DNA of 64,000 nt from Pseudomonadota bacterium (lineage in GTDB: Bacteria; Pseudomonadota; Gammaproteobacteria; Xanthomonadales; SZUA-38). Shown here piece by piece: positions 46,236-55,338 of the stretch. The position numbers were made by a program, and so were the translations under genes. Position 1 is the stretch's first letter; every line of letters begins with the position of its first letter. The notes beneath the pieces were generated by a model. The model had not been told where the DNA came from. It searched no databases and worked only from the letters and a program-made list of their open reading frames with translations. Location of the stretch: positions 19,616 to 83,615 of the forward strand of contig JBCDKA010000002.1 of NCBI GenBank assembly GCA_038747195.1, given 5' to 3'.

Positions 46236-48448
46236 TGACCGAGGATCGAGGGTCTCAGGACGAGACCGCTGGGCCAGACACCACTCGTATTCTCGATGAA
46301 GACGAGTCGCGGCGGATTGCGCGAAATCTCAAGAAGCTCGAGGCGCTGCGCGACCTCATGGGCAGCCTGGGTCCCGATGCGGCGGGCGAAGAATCCGAAG
46401 TCACTAACGGCCAGTGGGGGCACCTGACGCTCAAGGACAGGCTGGGTGCAGGCGGCTTCGGTGATGTATATCGTGCCTACGATCCGCTGCTGCAGCGGGA
46501 CGTCGCGCTCAAGCTTCGCCGTCGTGAGGCCGTCGACTCCGACAACGAGCTCTACATCAACGAGGCCCGGCGCATGGCGCAGGTTCACCATCCGAGCGTG
46601 CTCGCCATCCACGGCGCCGGCATCAACGATGGCCGGGTAGGTCTGTGGGCTGACCTGATCAACGGCGAGACGCTGCAGGATCTCCTGCAAACCGAGGGCA
46701 ACTTCGACCGGTCGACGCTGTTGACGCTGCTCACTCAGCTCAACGACGCGCTTCGCCACGTGCACGAGGTCGGCCTGGTTCACGGCGACGTAAAGCTCGA
46801 CAACGTGATGCGCCGCGACGGCCGGTTTGTGCTCATGGACTTTGGCGCAGCCGAGCACGACGGCACGCGTCCCCGCTTCGGTTCACCGGCCTACATGGCC
46901 CCAGAGCTGTTCGACGAGGACGGCAAGCTCACGCCCAAAGCCGACCTTTACTCCCTAGGTATTCTCGCCCTGGGCGCTGCCACCGGCGAACAGATTCCGA
47001 AACCAAAAATGCTCAACAACCCTAAGCTGAGGGCCGAGCTTGGCTCGGATCTGCATGCGATTCTCCAGGGTCTACTCGAACGCGATACCGTCAATCGCTT
47101 AGATCACGACGGGCTGGACGAGGCGTTGGCGTTGATCAGGGACGCGCCCGCGAGGCGCCGCCGCCGGCTGATCTTCGCGGTGATCGTCGCCAGCTTAAGC
47201 GTCGGTCTGTTGCTCAGTTTGTTTGCGCTGAACCGTGTCGAACGGGAGCGGCAGCGTTTGGAGCTCGTCAAAGATCTGGTGGTGGAGTCGGTGCAGCAGC
47301 TCTCGCCGGAAGGCTCCAGCGGTCCCGAGGTCATGCAGGCGCTGTTTGAGAACATTGGTGAGCTTACTGCTGAGCGCCTGTCCGACTATCCTGACGCCCG
47401 GGCGGATATGCAGCTGATTGCTGGTGAGGGTCTCCAGGCATACGGCGAGCGCGGCAGCGGGCTGGCTCTGGCGGAACAGGCGCTGGTCACGATGCTCGCT
47501 GAGAGACGCAGCGTCCGCGATCTGGCTCATACCCACAACATCGTAGCCCGTATGCGCAACGCGGCCGGGGATATCGGCGGAGCTGAGGCGGCAATCCGTC
47601 GCTCCGTGGCGCTTTTTGAAACGCTCCCCGCTGCGCAGTTCGAAAAACCCAACGAAGGCCCTCTGGGCGTCATTCAGGGCCGAACGCTCCTGGCGAATCT
47701 GCTGGCTCGGCAGGGTGATCTGCGCGGCCGTCTCGAAGCGCATCGGTTGATCCTGCAAGACCGCGAGGCGCTCCTGGGAGTCGGTCAGTCCGGGTCCGCG
47801 GTGGACTATCACAACGTGGCTCAGTCGTTGCTGGCCCTCGGTTTCACCGCCGATGCGGTGGCGTCGGAGGAAGGGGCGCTGGCGCTGCTGGGCCAAGAAG
47901 ATCTAGGAACCTTCAAGGAGCTCCTGGTCCAGCTCGGCTTGGCTCGCGCATATGGTGAGAATGGAGAGCATGAGAAAGCCCAGACAACGTTGGCCCGGAC
48001 CCGCGAGCTGTTTCAACGGCTGCTGCCTGAGGGCCACCGCCTATATGCCTCGCTGGACGAGGCAAGCGCGCGACTGGCGTATCTTCGGGGAAATCGCGAT
48101 ATTGCTTTGGCGACCTATCGAGCCCATTTCGCTGATGCGGGGCCGGGTGCCGGGACGGCGTCTGGCCGAACCTGGCTGCAGTACGCCGAGACCGAGCGAT
48201 TGGTGGGCAACTCAGAGGCTTTCGAACAGGCGCTCGCCAAAGGACAGGTGCTGCTGACCGACGAATATGGCGTGCTCAGACCGGTATTTGTCCTGGGTAC
48301 CCAGGTTGCGGCAAGCCTCACCGGTCGGGCGACGCTTACCCGCGATGAGCTGGTGGTCGCGATCGATGAGCTGGCCGAGCAGCTGCGGAGCGACTATCCG
48401 CAGCTGCCCGAGCTTGCCCTGCTGCATGCCTGGCGTGAGGCCATCTGA
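46235..48448 (+). CDS. Membrane Ser/Thr protein kinase (non-RD) with C-terminal TPR-like region
   Basis: LGAGGFGDVY (Gly loop), VALKL (Lys), VHGDVKLDN (HGD replacing HRD), DFGAA, PAYMAPE. One TM (LIFAVIVASLSVGLLLSLFAL), then about 400 aa of helical repeats. Confidence 0.9.
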   Translation: MTEDRGSQDETAGPDTTRILDEDESRRIARNLKKLEALRDLMGSLGPDAAGEESEVTNGQWGHLTLKDRLGAGGFGDVYRAYDPLLQRDVALKLRRREAVDSDNELYINEARRMAQVHHPSVLAIHGAGINDGRVGLWADLINGETLQDLLQTEGNFDRSTLLTLLTQLNDALRHVHEVGLVHGDVKLDNVMRRDGRFVLMDFGAAEHDGTRPRFGSPAYMAPELFDEDGKLTPKADLYSLGILALGAATGEQIPKPKMLNNPKLRAELGSDLHAILQGLLERDTVNRLDHDGLDEALALIRDAPARRRRRLIFAVIVASLSVGLLLSLFALNRVERERQRLELVKDLVVESVQQLSPEGSSGPEVMQALFENIGELTAERLSDYPDARADMQLIAGEGLQAYGERGSGLALAEQALVTMLAERRSVRDLAHTHNIVARMRNAAGDIGGAEAAIRRSVALFETLPAAQFEKPNEGPLGVIQGRTLLANLLARQGDLRGRLEAHRLILQDREALLGVGQSGSAVDYHNVAQSLLALGFTADAVASEEGALALLGQEDLGTFKELLVQLGLARAYGENGEHEKAQTTLARTRELFQRLLPEGHRLYASLDEASARLAYLRGNRDIALATYRAHFADAGPGAGTASGRTWLQYAETERLVGNSEAFEQALAKGQVLLTDEYGVLRPVFVLGTQVAASLTGRATLTRDELVVAIDELAEQLRSDYPQLPELALLHAWREAI

Positions 48449-48457
48449 CAATCCGCG

Positions 48458-49552
48458 CTAGAAGATCACACCCGGAATAATCCAGTCATCATCCCCTTCC
48501 AGCCCGTCGGAAAAGATCTGCGCCTCGTAGGCTCCCAGGTCCACCGCGGGTCCGACGATGCGCCCCATGCCGTCCGCGTCCCTCGGCGGCAGTCCGTCTG
48601 GCACCGGGAGCCCCGCGTCGATCAGCGGTGAGCCGATATTCGGGCTCACGCCAAGCGAGCCAAGACCGAGCTGCGGGTTTCCGCTGAGCGTGCCGGTTTC
48701 CTCCAGGGGATTTGAGCCGGCCAGTGAGTTCAAGAAGTTCCGATTGAGCCGGACGCTGGATCCCGCCAGCAGCAGGTCGTCCCCATTGTTGTCGGCAAAC
48801 ACGTTGTTGAGCAGGCGCACCGTGGCGTTTCCGCCGATCCGGACACCTGCGCCATCATCTGCTGCGGAGTTTTCGGCGATTGTCACGTTGGCTATGAGGT
48901 TCTCCGCGCCGTTCAGCAGCAGCTCGGCGGCGCCGCCATCACCGCCCGCCGCGTTCCGGAAAAACACGGAGTTCTCCAGACGCAGGCTGCCCCGGTCGAG
49001 AATGACATAAAGTCCGGCGCCCTGTTCGGTGGCCTCGTTGAGGTTAAAAATCAGCGTAGAGAACCGATACGACCCCTCCCAGTCCGGCGAAAAGGATCGG
49101 GCGTCGATGCCGCCGCCGTTGAGCGAGATGACGGGATCATTGGCGCCGCCGCGGGTGATCGTCAGGTTTTCGACCGCGATGTCGCCGCTGTCTGGACCCG
49201 GCTGAAGCACCAGCCCCTGAATCTGAAAATCGCCGTCGATGACGGTCAGTCGGGGGTTGTCTTTACGGCTGTCGCATACCGGCGCGTCCGGCGGATCAGG
49301 CGGGCCCCAGCCCCCCGACACCGTCAGGCCGCCGGGCTGGCTGGAGACGTAGCGAAAGCCGTTGTTGGCCGTGGGGACCAGGTACTGGCCCACCATCAAT
49401 CGGATTTCGTCAGTTTCGCTATTCCCGGCTGCGGCCAGCAGCGCGTTTTGGAGTGCGCTTGGGGTGCCGACGCAGAAGATCTCAGCGCGCGCGTTTGACG
49501 TCGCAAACGTCAGCGCCAAACTCAAGGTTATTCCAGAAAGTATCCGTTTCAT
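48458..49552 (-). CDS. Exported right-handed beta-helix protein
   Basis: AAGGAG lies 9 nt before ATG 49552 (track start 49609). Signal peptide MKRILSGITLSLALTFATSNARA. Beta-helix rungs (GGGI, GAGL, GGAA, GAGV), VDLGAYE, then IFSDGLEGDDDWIIPGVIF. Confidence 0.8.
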   Translation of the reverse strand: MKRILSGITLSLALTFATSNARAEIFCVGTPSALQNALLAAAGNSETDEIRLMVGQYLVPTANNGFRYVSSQPGGLTVSGGWGPPDPPDAPVCDSRKDNPRLTVIDGDFQIQGLVLQPGPDSGDIAVENLTITRGGANDPVISLNGGGIDARSFSPDWEGSYRFSTLIFNLNEATEQGAGLYVILDRGSLRLENSVFFRNAAGGDGGAAELLLNGAENLIANVTIAENSAADDGAGVRIGGNATVRLLNNVFADNNGDDLLLAGSSVRLNRNFLNSLAGSNPLEETGTLSGNPQLGLGSLGVSPNIGSPLIDAGLPVPDGLPPRDADGMGRIVGPAVDLGAYEAQIFSDGLEGDDDWIIPGVIF

Positions 49553-49702
49553 CGTAGGGGTCTCCTTACTCAAAGCCGTCGGACCGTCCGGTCCTGCCAT
49601 CGCCTGCACCAGCTCCGCGCTATTGGTGGCGAAGTCCTGGCGTGTTCAGGAGTTCCAACGACGACACCCCCCAAATGTGCACAGCTGGAGGAGACAAAGA
49701 CC

Positions 49703-51373
49703 CTATTGCTCGGGGTTGAGCAGCCCAGCCAGCGCTGGATCGGACTCGATCAGCATGCGTTGCTCGGCGACTTGGTCGTCGATCTGAGAGAGGAAGGGTG
49801 AAAGGTCGAGCGCCGCAGGCAGCGCGCCGAGCCGCTGCAGCATCCGGAGGCGAGAAGTGTCTCGATAGCCGAGCGCTACGGCCCGATTAAGGTGCTCACG
49901 AGCGGCTTCTGGATCTCCTTCGGCGGCTGTGAGCATGGCCAGCTCGAGATGGTGATAGGGCCATTCGTTTCCGCTGGCGATCTCCTGCTGGGACTTTCGC
50001 TTGATGGCCGGGAGGTCGGTCATGGCTTCTGGATCCTGTGCCTGAACCAGCAGCGCGATGCAGCTCACGCAGTCGCAGCCGCGGGCTCGTGCGTGGCGCT
50101 GCCCCTCACGAAAGGCGCTGACGGATGCTTCGAAACGCCCAGCGCCGCGCAGCGCCAGGCCGCGCAGAAAATTGTGGTCATTGAGATCGACCGCCGCACT
50201 ATTCAGCAGCGCCAGCGCCTGTTCGTATTGTTCGTCCACCAGCCGCTGCTGCACCTGATATCCCAGCAGAAAGACGTTGTCCGGCCTTAGCGTTTCGGCC
50301 CGATCCAACCATCGGTCAGCGGCGTCGGCGAGGCCGGCCAGGCGCAAAGCCACGGCAATCTGAAAATCAGCGAAGAAGGTCGGTGGCCCTAGGCTGAGCG
50401 CTTCAGCCTCCAGCCGAAGCGACTCGTGCAGGTGACCCTGCACCTGCTTGAGATAGGCGATGTTGCTCACATAGCGTGGGGCATTTGGCTCGGTGTCCAA
50501 CGCTCGCTGATAGTAGTCCATGGCCCGGCTGACGCGGCCCCGCGCGTCGTCCGCCAGGCCTCGAGCCGCCCAGGCGGGGGCGTCCTCGGGGTTCAGGACC
50601 AGGGCGCGATCAGCCAGCTCCGCCGCCTGCGCGGCATGGGACATCGAATAGTCGTACTTTGACGTTTTGTGAGACAGCGAAAGGCTGAGACCGATCAACG
50701 CGGGAAGATAATCCGGCGCATCAGCCAGCGCCCGGCGGTAAAGATCGATCGCAATTTCGTTGCTCTCAAAGATGCCGCGAAGCCGATAGTCATCCGCGCG
50801 GCGGACCAGCTCTCCGGCGCGGTCCGTTGGCGGCTGTTCCACCGCTGTTCCGCTGGACGCGAACGTTGGCGCGGATCTGCTGGTCATGGCCTCGCCCGGC
50901 GCATTAATCCGGGACCAGGTGATATACATCAGGGTCAAGATCAGCCCCGAGGCGATAAACCACTGGACCTGCCAGCGGCGACCGGATTCAGTCGCCAGGG
51001 GCGGCTGGGATTGATCTTCGAAGGGCTCTACCGGCGGAATGAGTTGATAGCCCCCACCCCGAATGGTGCGAATGTAGCGCGGCGCGCGCGGATCGTCGCC
51101 GAGCGCCTGCCGCACCTGCCGGGCTCGCTGGGCGATAGTCTCCGGCGACACGTGGGGTGACTCCCAGACTTCGCGACAAAGGGTCTCGGAGCTGGCCGGT
51201 TCCGGCGCCTGCGCCACAAGGGTCATCAGGAATCGCCAGGATAGGTCGGTCAGGGATGTGGTGGTGCCATCGACCGTAACGGACCGTTGGCTGGTGTCGA
51301 GCAACGCGTCACCCAACGAGATTCTGCCAACGTTTGTCCAGCGCGTGCTGAAAACCGCTTCTTCAGCTCTCAT
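49703..51373 (-). CDS. Membrane-anchored CadC/ToxR-like winged-helix regulator with TPR region
   Basis: wHTH (LTDLSWRFLMTLVAQAPEPASSETLCREVW...IRTIRGGGYQL), one TM (WFIASGLILTLMYITW), then TPR-like repeats. Confidence 0.85.
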   Translation of the reverse strand: MRAEEAVFSTRWTNVGRISLGDALLDTSQRSVTVDGTTTSLTDLSWRFLMTLVAQAPEPASSETLCREVWESPHVSPETIAQRARQVRQALGDDPRAPRYIRTIRGGGYQLIPPVEPFEDQSQPPLATESGRRWQVQWFIASGLILTLMYITWSRINAPGEAMTSRSAPTFASSGTAVEQPPTDRAGELVRRADDYRLRGIFESNEIAIDLYRRALADAPDYLPALIGLSLSLSHKTSKYDYSMSHAAQAAELADRALVLNPEDAPAWAARGLADDARGRVSRAMDYYQRALDTEPNAPRYVSNIAYLKQVQGHLHESLRLEAEALSLGPPTFFADFQIAVALRLAGLADAADRWLDRAETLRPDNVFLLGYQVQQRLVDEQYEQALALLNSAAVDLNDHNFLRGLALRGAGRFEASVSAFREGQRHARARGCDCVSCIALLVQAQDPEAMTDLPAIKRKSQQEIASGNEWPYHHLELAMLTAAEGDPEAAREHLNRAVALGYRDTSRLRMLQRLGALPAALDLSPFLSQIDDQVAEQRMLIESDPALAGLLNPEQ

Positions 51374-51457
51374 CAGAAATCTTCAGAATAATTTCCTGGA
51401 CCAAGGCGCCTCAAGACCTAACGATACTGTCCCATACGCGAGTCTCCAAGAGGTGTT

Positions 51458-52513
51458 TTGCCGATGAAAGTGCTGATCTTCCCATTTCTGCTGCTGGCTT
51501 TGGTTCACGCGACCGCCGAGTCCGCCGCATCGACCTTCACCCTTGGGGGAGACCTCGATCAAGCCATGGCGGATGAGACGTTCAGGCAGGTCACCAGCGT
51601 GCTGGTTTCCGTCGATGGTGAGAAGGTCTACGAGGCGTACTGGGGGGAAGGGAGTGCAACCCAGCTCAACGACACCCGCTCGGCGATGAAAACGCTGGTG
51701 GCCATGGCGGTTGGCGCGGCGATTGACGACGGCAGCCTGGAAGGCGTTGAGTCGACGGCGATGAAGTGGTTTGAAGCCGACATGCCCACACGCTTTCCCT
51801 CTCGCTTGAAAAACGAGATCACCGTCCGTGATCTGCTCACGATGTCCTCGGCGCTCGACTGCAACGACAACGTCTGGGAATCGCCGGGCAACGAAGAACA
51901 CATGTATCCAGCTCGCCGCTGGACCTATTTTGTGCTCGACCTCCCTACGCGGAAGGACTACCGGCGTGACGAAGCGGGCCTGGGAGAGTTTGCTTACTGC
52001 ACTGCCGGCTCGTTTCTGCTCGGTCAGCTGCTGGAGCGCGCAACTGGGAAGGATGTCGATCGCTATCTGGCAGAGCGCCTTTTCGAGCCGCTAAGCATTA
52101 CCGAGGTGAACTGGGACCGCTCGCCGTCCGGCGAGATCATGACCGGTGGCGGCACCGAACTTAACTCCCGAGATCTGCTCAAGCTGGGCGAGATGCTGTT
52201 GAACGGTGGTTCCCACGACGGCGAGCAGGTGCTCTCAGAGGCCTGGGTCAAGGAAATGATGACCGCCCATCGACAGCCCGGCGAAGATCGGCGGTACGGC
52301 TATCAAATCTGGGCGGAGCCGTTTACGTGCGGTGATCGGCAGCTCTACGGCTGGTATATGTCAGGCAACGGCGGCAATAAGGTGGCGGTGTTTGCCGAGC
52401 TGGACCTGGTGGTTGTGGTGACCGCCACGCTCTACGGGACGCGTGGTATGCACCAGCAGTCCGCTGACATCATCAACGACTATGTGCTGCCTGGTGTTAG
52501 GGGGTGTGGCTAG
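51458..52513 (+). CDS. Exported serine hydrolase (beta-lactamase / PBP-related family)
   Basis: Signal peptide MKVLIFPFLLLALVHATA. S-x-x-K motif in TRSAMKTLV and overall class-C-like layout (YCTAGSFLLG, GNGGNK). Confidence 0.75.
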   Translation: MPMKVLIFPFLLLALVHATAESAASTFTLGGDLDQAMADETFRQVTSVLVSVDGEKVYEAYWGEGSATQLNDTRSAMKTLVAMAVGAAIDDGSLEGVESTAMKWFEADMPTRFPSRLKNEITVRDLLTMSSALDCNDNVWESPGNEEHMYPARRWTYFVLDLPTRKDYRRDEAGLGEFAYCTAGSFLLGQLLERATGKDVDRYLAERLFEPLSITEVNWDRSPSGEIMTGGGTELNSRDLLKLGEMLLNGGSHDGEQVLSEAWVKEMMTAHRQPGEDRRYGYQIWAEPFTCGDRQLYGWYMSGNGGNKVAVFAELDLVVVVTATLYGTRGMHQQSADIINDYVLPGVRGCG

Positions 52514-52531
52514 GGGTCCGACCAGGGACGC

Positions 52532-52861
52532 TCAGGTGAAAAGGCAGCCCAGCCCGCCAAAAACCAACGCGCCCAGCGCCAGCAGGATGGCAAAAGGCAG
52601 CAGGGCCGGCAGCAGGATGACCCCGATGATCACCGCAATGATCAGCAGCGGCAGCCCGGCAACCATGACGAGCAGGGTCGAGGCGAAGAGTGCGAGCAGG
52701 CCCAGGCAGACGACCACCGCCAGCAGCAGGCCGGCGGCCTCAGCCAGCGGGTTGTCCCACATCAGTACAGGCATAGGCCCCTGGAAGGCGGTGCCTCCCG
52801 ACACCAGGGACAAAACAACGTAGACAACGGCGATCAGGCCAATAACTCTCAGCATGAACAT
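52532..52861 (-). CDS. Small polytopic membrane protein, hypothetical
   Basis: 109 aa, almost entirely hydrophobic with about 3-4 predicted helices. Same strand as, and 61 nt downstream of, the DUF5989-like gene. Confidence 0.5.
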   Translation of the reverse strand: MFMLRVIGLIAVVYVVLSLVSGGTAFQGPMPVLMWDNPLAEAAGLLLAVVVCLGLLALFASTLLVMVAGLPLLIIAVIIGVILLPALLPFAILLALGALVFGGLGCLFT

Positions 52862-52922
52862 AGTGTCCCGTAGATACTGGGGCCGCGGCCAGTGCCAGAG
52901 GTTGATGAACCGAGCGGAAGAT

Positions 52923-53075
52923 CTAAAACAGCGTGTAGATCAGCGGCGCCAGCGCGGAGCCTTCGCCGAGCACAATGAGCACTCCGAGCAGCACCATCAC
53001 CAGCACAATCGGCGCCAGCCAGTACTTTTTGCGCACCCGCATGAATTTCCAGAGATCGGACAGCAGATCGAACAT
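52923..53075 (-). CDS. DUF5989/SxtK-like 50-aa membrane protein (absent from the supplied ORF track)
   Basis: My own translation of the minus strand gives MFDLLSDLWKFMRVRKKYWLAPIVLVMVLLGVLIVLGEGSALAPLIYTLF*. This is the pattern of the tiny protein normally found with carbamoyltransferase plus SxtJ-like genes. Its ATG shares one nt with the upstream stop (TGATG). Confidence 0.8.
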   Translation of the reverse strand: MFDLLSDLWKFMRVRKKYWLAPIVLVMVLLGVLIVLGEGSALAPLIYTLF

Positions 53076-53488
53076 CAGAAGGGGTTGTCCAGCGATTTTT
53101 CGGTCGTTTGGTCAGACTCGACGCGGTAGCTCTTTGCGTTACCGTCCAGCCGTCGGTCCAGAGGATCTCGCCTCAGCGCGCGCATGACAAGTGCCGTGGG
53201 TACAATCGTCAGAAGGAACACCAGTGTCAAAATCAGGGGCGTGGTGACCCGGCTCAGCAGCAGTCCAAACCTCATCCAGGCGCGATACAGCGGGTCAAGC
53301 GAGGCGGGAGCAACGGTCGACCAGACAACCAGCGCCAGCGCGACCCCAGCGGGCCAGAAGGGTATCGCCACCTCGCGCAGCCAGGGGATCAGCAGGCCGA
53401 AGACCACCAGGATAACCGTCGCCATCGTCCAGCCGAAGTTGGCGAGCTCCCGAGGTGTCAGGTCGCGAATTTTTGCGCGGCTCGCCAT
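53075..53488 (-). CDS. SxtJ-like membrane protein
   Basis: MASRAKIRDLTPRELANFGWTMATVILVVFGLLIPW... is the SxtJ-family pattern as I remember it. Start at ATG 53488 overlaps the carbamoyltransferase stop by 1 nt (TGATG). The track start is 53515. Confidence 0.7.
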   Translation of the reverse strand: MASRAKIRDLTPRELANFGWTMATVILVVFGLLIPWLREVAIPFWPAGVALALVVWSTVAPASLDPLYRAWMRFGLLLSRVTTPLILTLVFLLTIVPTALVMRALRRDPLDRRLDGNAKSYRVESDQTTEKSLDNPF

Positions 53489-55332
53489 CAGTCGAGTTCC
53501 AGGCGTTCGCGCCATGCCGGGTCTTCAGTAAAGGTGGGCTGGTCCGCCTTGCTCAGCACAAATCGATCGACGATCAGGTAGTCCATCTCGGTGCGCATGA
53601 AACAGCGATAGGCGTCCGCCGGCGACTCCACCACGGGCTCACCGCGCACGTTGAACGACGTATTGACCACCAGCGGGCAGCCCGTTTGATCCTTAAACGC
53701 CCGGATCAGCGCGTGATAGCGGGGGTTTTGTTCAGCGTGCACCGTCTGTACCCGGGCAGAGTAGTCCACGTGGGTCACCGCAGGGATTTCGCTTCGTTTG
53801 GTCTGTAAACGGTCGATCCCGCTGAGTGAGTCGGCGTTTTTGTCCGGCGCTATGCGTCGCGCCTCCGCGACCGGCGCCACAATCAGCATGTAGGGAGACG
53901 CTTCGTCCAGTTCAAAATAGTCGCTGGCGTCTTCGGCCAGCACAGACGGCGCAAAAGGCCGGAACGACTCTCGGTATTTGATCTTGAGGTTCATGACCGA
54001 CTGCATCGACTCGCTTCGTGGGTCTCCCAGGATCGATCGACCCCCGAGCGCCCGCGGCCCATATTCCATCTTCCCCTGAAACCAGCCGAGCACGTTCTGC
54101 TCAGCGAGAAGCTGGGCGCCGCGCCCGGCGATCGCTTCTTCGTCCAGCCGTTCGTAGACGGCGCCGAATTCATCAAGCTGCGACTCTATCTCCGCCTCGG
54201 TGTAGGCCGGCCCCAGATAGCTGCCCTGCATGGTGTCAGCGGCGGGCGTCGGCTTCGGTGTTGCGTCATGATCTTCATGCCAGGCGACCAGTGCCGCACC
54301 CAGGGCGCCGCCGGCATCCCCCGCAGCGGGCTGAATCCACAGCCCGTCGAAAGGGCCTTCCCGAAGGACGCGGCCGTTGGCCACGCAGTTCAGCGCCACG
54401 CCGCCTGCCAGACAGAGGTTGCTGGCGCTTGTCTCATCGAAGACAGTCTTTGCCAGGCGAAGGACCACTTCCTCGGTGACGGCCTGGATCGATGCCGCCA
54501 GATCCATCTCCCGCTGGGTAATTTCACTTTCCGGCGCTCGTGGTGGGCCGCCAAACAGTTCGTCGAAGCGCGGGCTGGTCATGGTTAAGCCCGTACAGTA
54601 GTTGAAGTACTGCATGTCGAGCCGGAAGGTGCCATCGGGTTTCAGGTCGAGGAGATGATCGGTAATAAGCCGCTCAAACTTCGGTTCACCGTAGGGCGCC
54701 AGCCCCATCAGCTTGTATTCCCCGGAGTTCACCTTAAAGCCGGTGTAGTAGGTAAACGCGGAATAAAGCAGGCCAAGCGAGTGCGGGAAATCGATTTCCC
54801 AAAGTGGCGTGAGCTCCTTTCCCTGGCCACGCCAGACCGAGGTTGTCGCCCACTCGCCGACGCCGTCGATGCACAGGACCGCCGCGTCGTCGAAGGGGCT
54901 CGGGTAGAAAGCAGAAGCGGCGTGCGACTGGTGATGTTCAGCAAAACGCAGTCGCGGAATCTCCGTTTTCTTGCAGCCGCCGATCTCCGCCAGCGCAACC
55001 TTAAGCGTGTTTTTGAGGTACAGCTTCTCCTTAAGCCAGATGGGCATAGCGGTCAGAAATGACCTTAAGCCCCGCGGTGCATAGCTCAGATAGGTTTCAA
55101 GCAGCCGTTCAAATTTCACCAGAGGTTTGTCGTAGAACACCACCTGATCGAGGTCATGCAGGCTGATGCCGGTCTCCTTGAGCGCTCGCCGTAGCGCCAG
55201 CGCGGGAAACGCGGCATCGTGCTTTTTTCGGCTGAACCGCTCTTCCTGGGCGGCAAACAGGATCTCCCCGTCACCCAGCAGCGCCACCGCACTGTCGTGG
55301 TAGTACGCCGATATGCCCAGTATGTATTTCAA
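53488..55332 (-). CDS. Carbamoyltransferase (NodU/CmcH family)
   Basis: N-terminus KYILGISAYYHDSAVALL, with HHQSHAASAF and GGVALNCVANG blocks and a C-terminal carbamoyltransferase domain (PAVTHVDYSARVQTV...NTSFNVRGEP). Apparent TTG start at 55332, 6 nt after the TIR gene stop. Confidence 0.9.
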   Translation of the reverse strand: MKYILGISAYYHDSAVALLGDGEILFAAQEERFSRKKHDAAFPALALRRALKETGISLHDLDQVVFYDKPLVKFERLLETYLSYAPRGLRSFLTAMPIWLKEKLYLKNTLKVALAEIGGCKKTEIPRLRFAEHHQSHAASAFYPSPFDDAAVLCIDGVGEWATTSVWRGQGKELTPLWEIDFPHSLGLLYSAFTYYTGFKVNSGEYKLMGLAPYGEPKFERLITDHLLDLKPDGTFRLDMQYFNYCTGLTMTSPRFDELFGGPPRAPESEITQREMDLAASIQAVTEEVVLRLAKTVFDETSASNLCLAGGVALNCVANGRVLREGPFDGLWIQPAAGDAGGALGAALVAWHEDHDATPKPTPAADTMQGSYLGPAYTEAEIESQLDEFGAVYERLDEEAIAGRGAQLLAEQNVLGWFQGKMEYGPRALGGRSILGDPRSESMQSVMNLKIKYRESFRPFAPSVLAEDASDYFELDEASPYMLIVAPVAEARRIAPDKNADSLSGIDRLQTKRSEIPAVTHVDYSARVQTVHAEQNPRYHALIRAFKDQTGCPLVVNTSFNVRGEPVVESPADAYRCFMRTEMDYLIVDRFVLSKADQPTFTEDPAWRERLELD

Positions 55333-55338
55333 TGAGGA

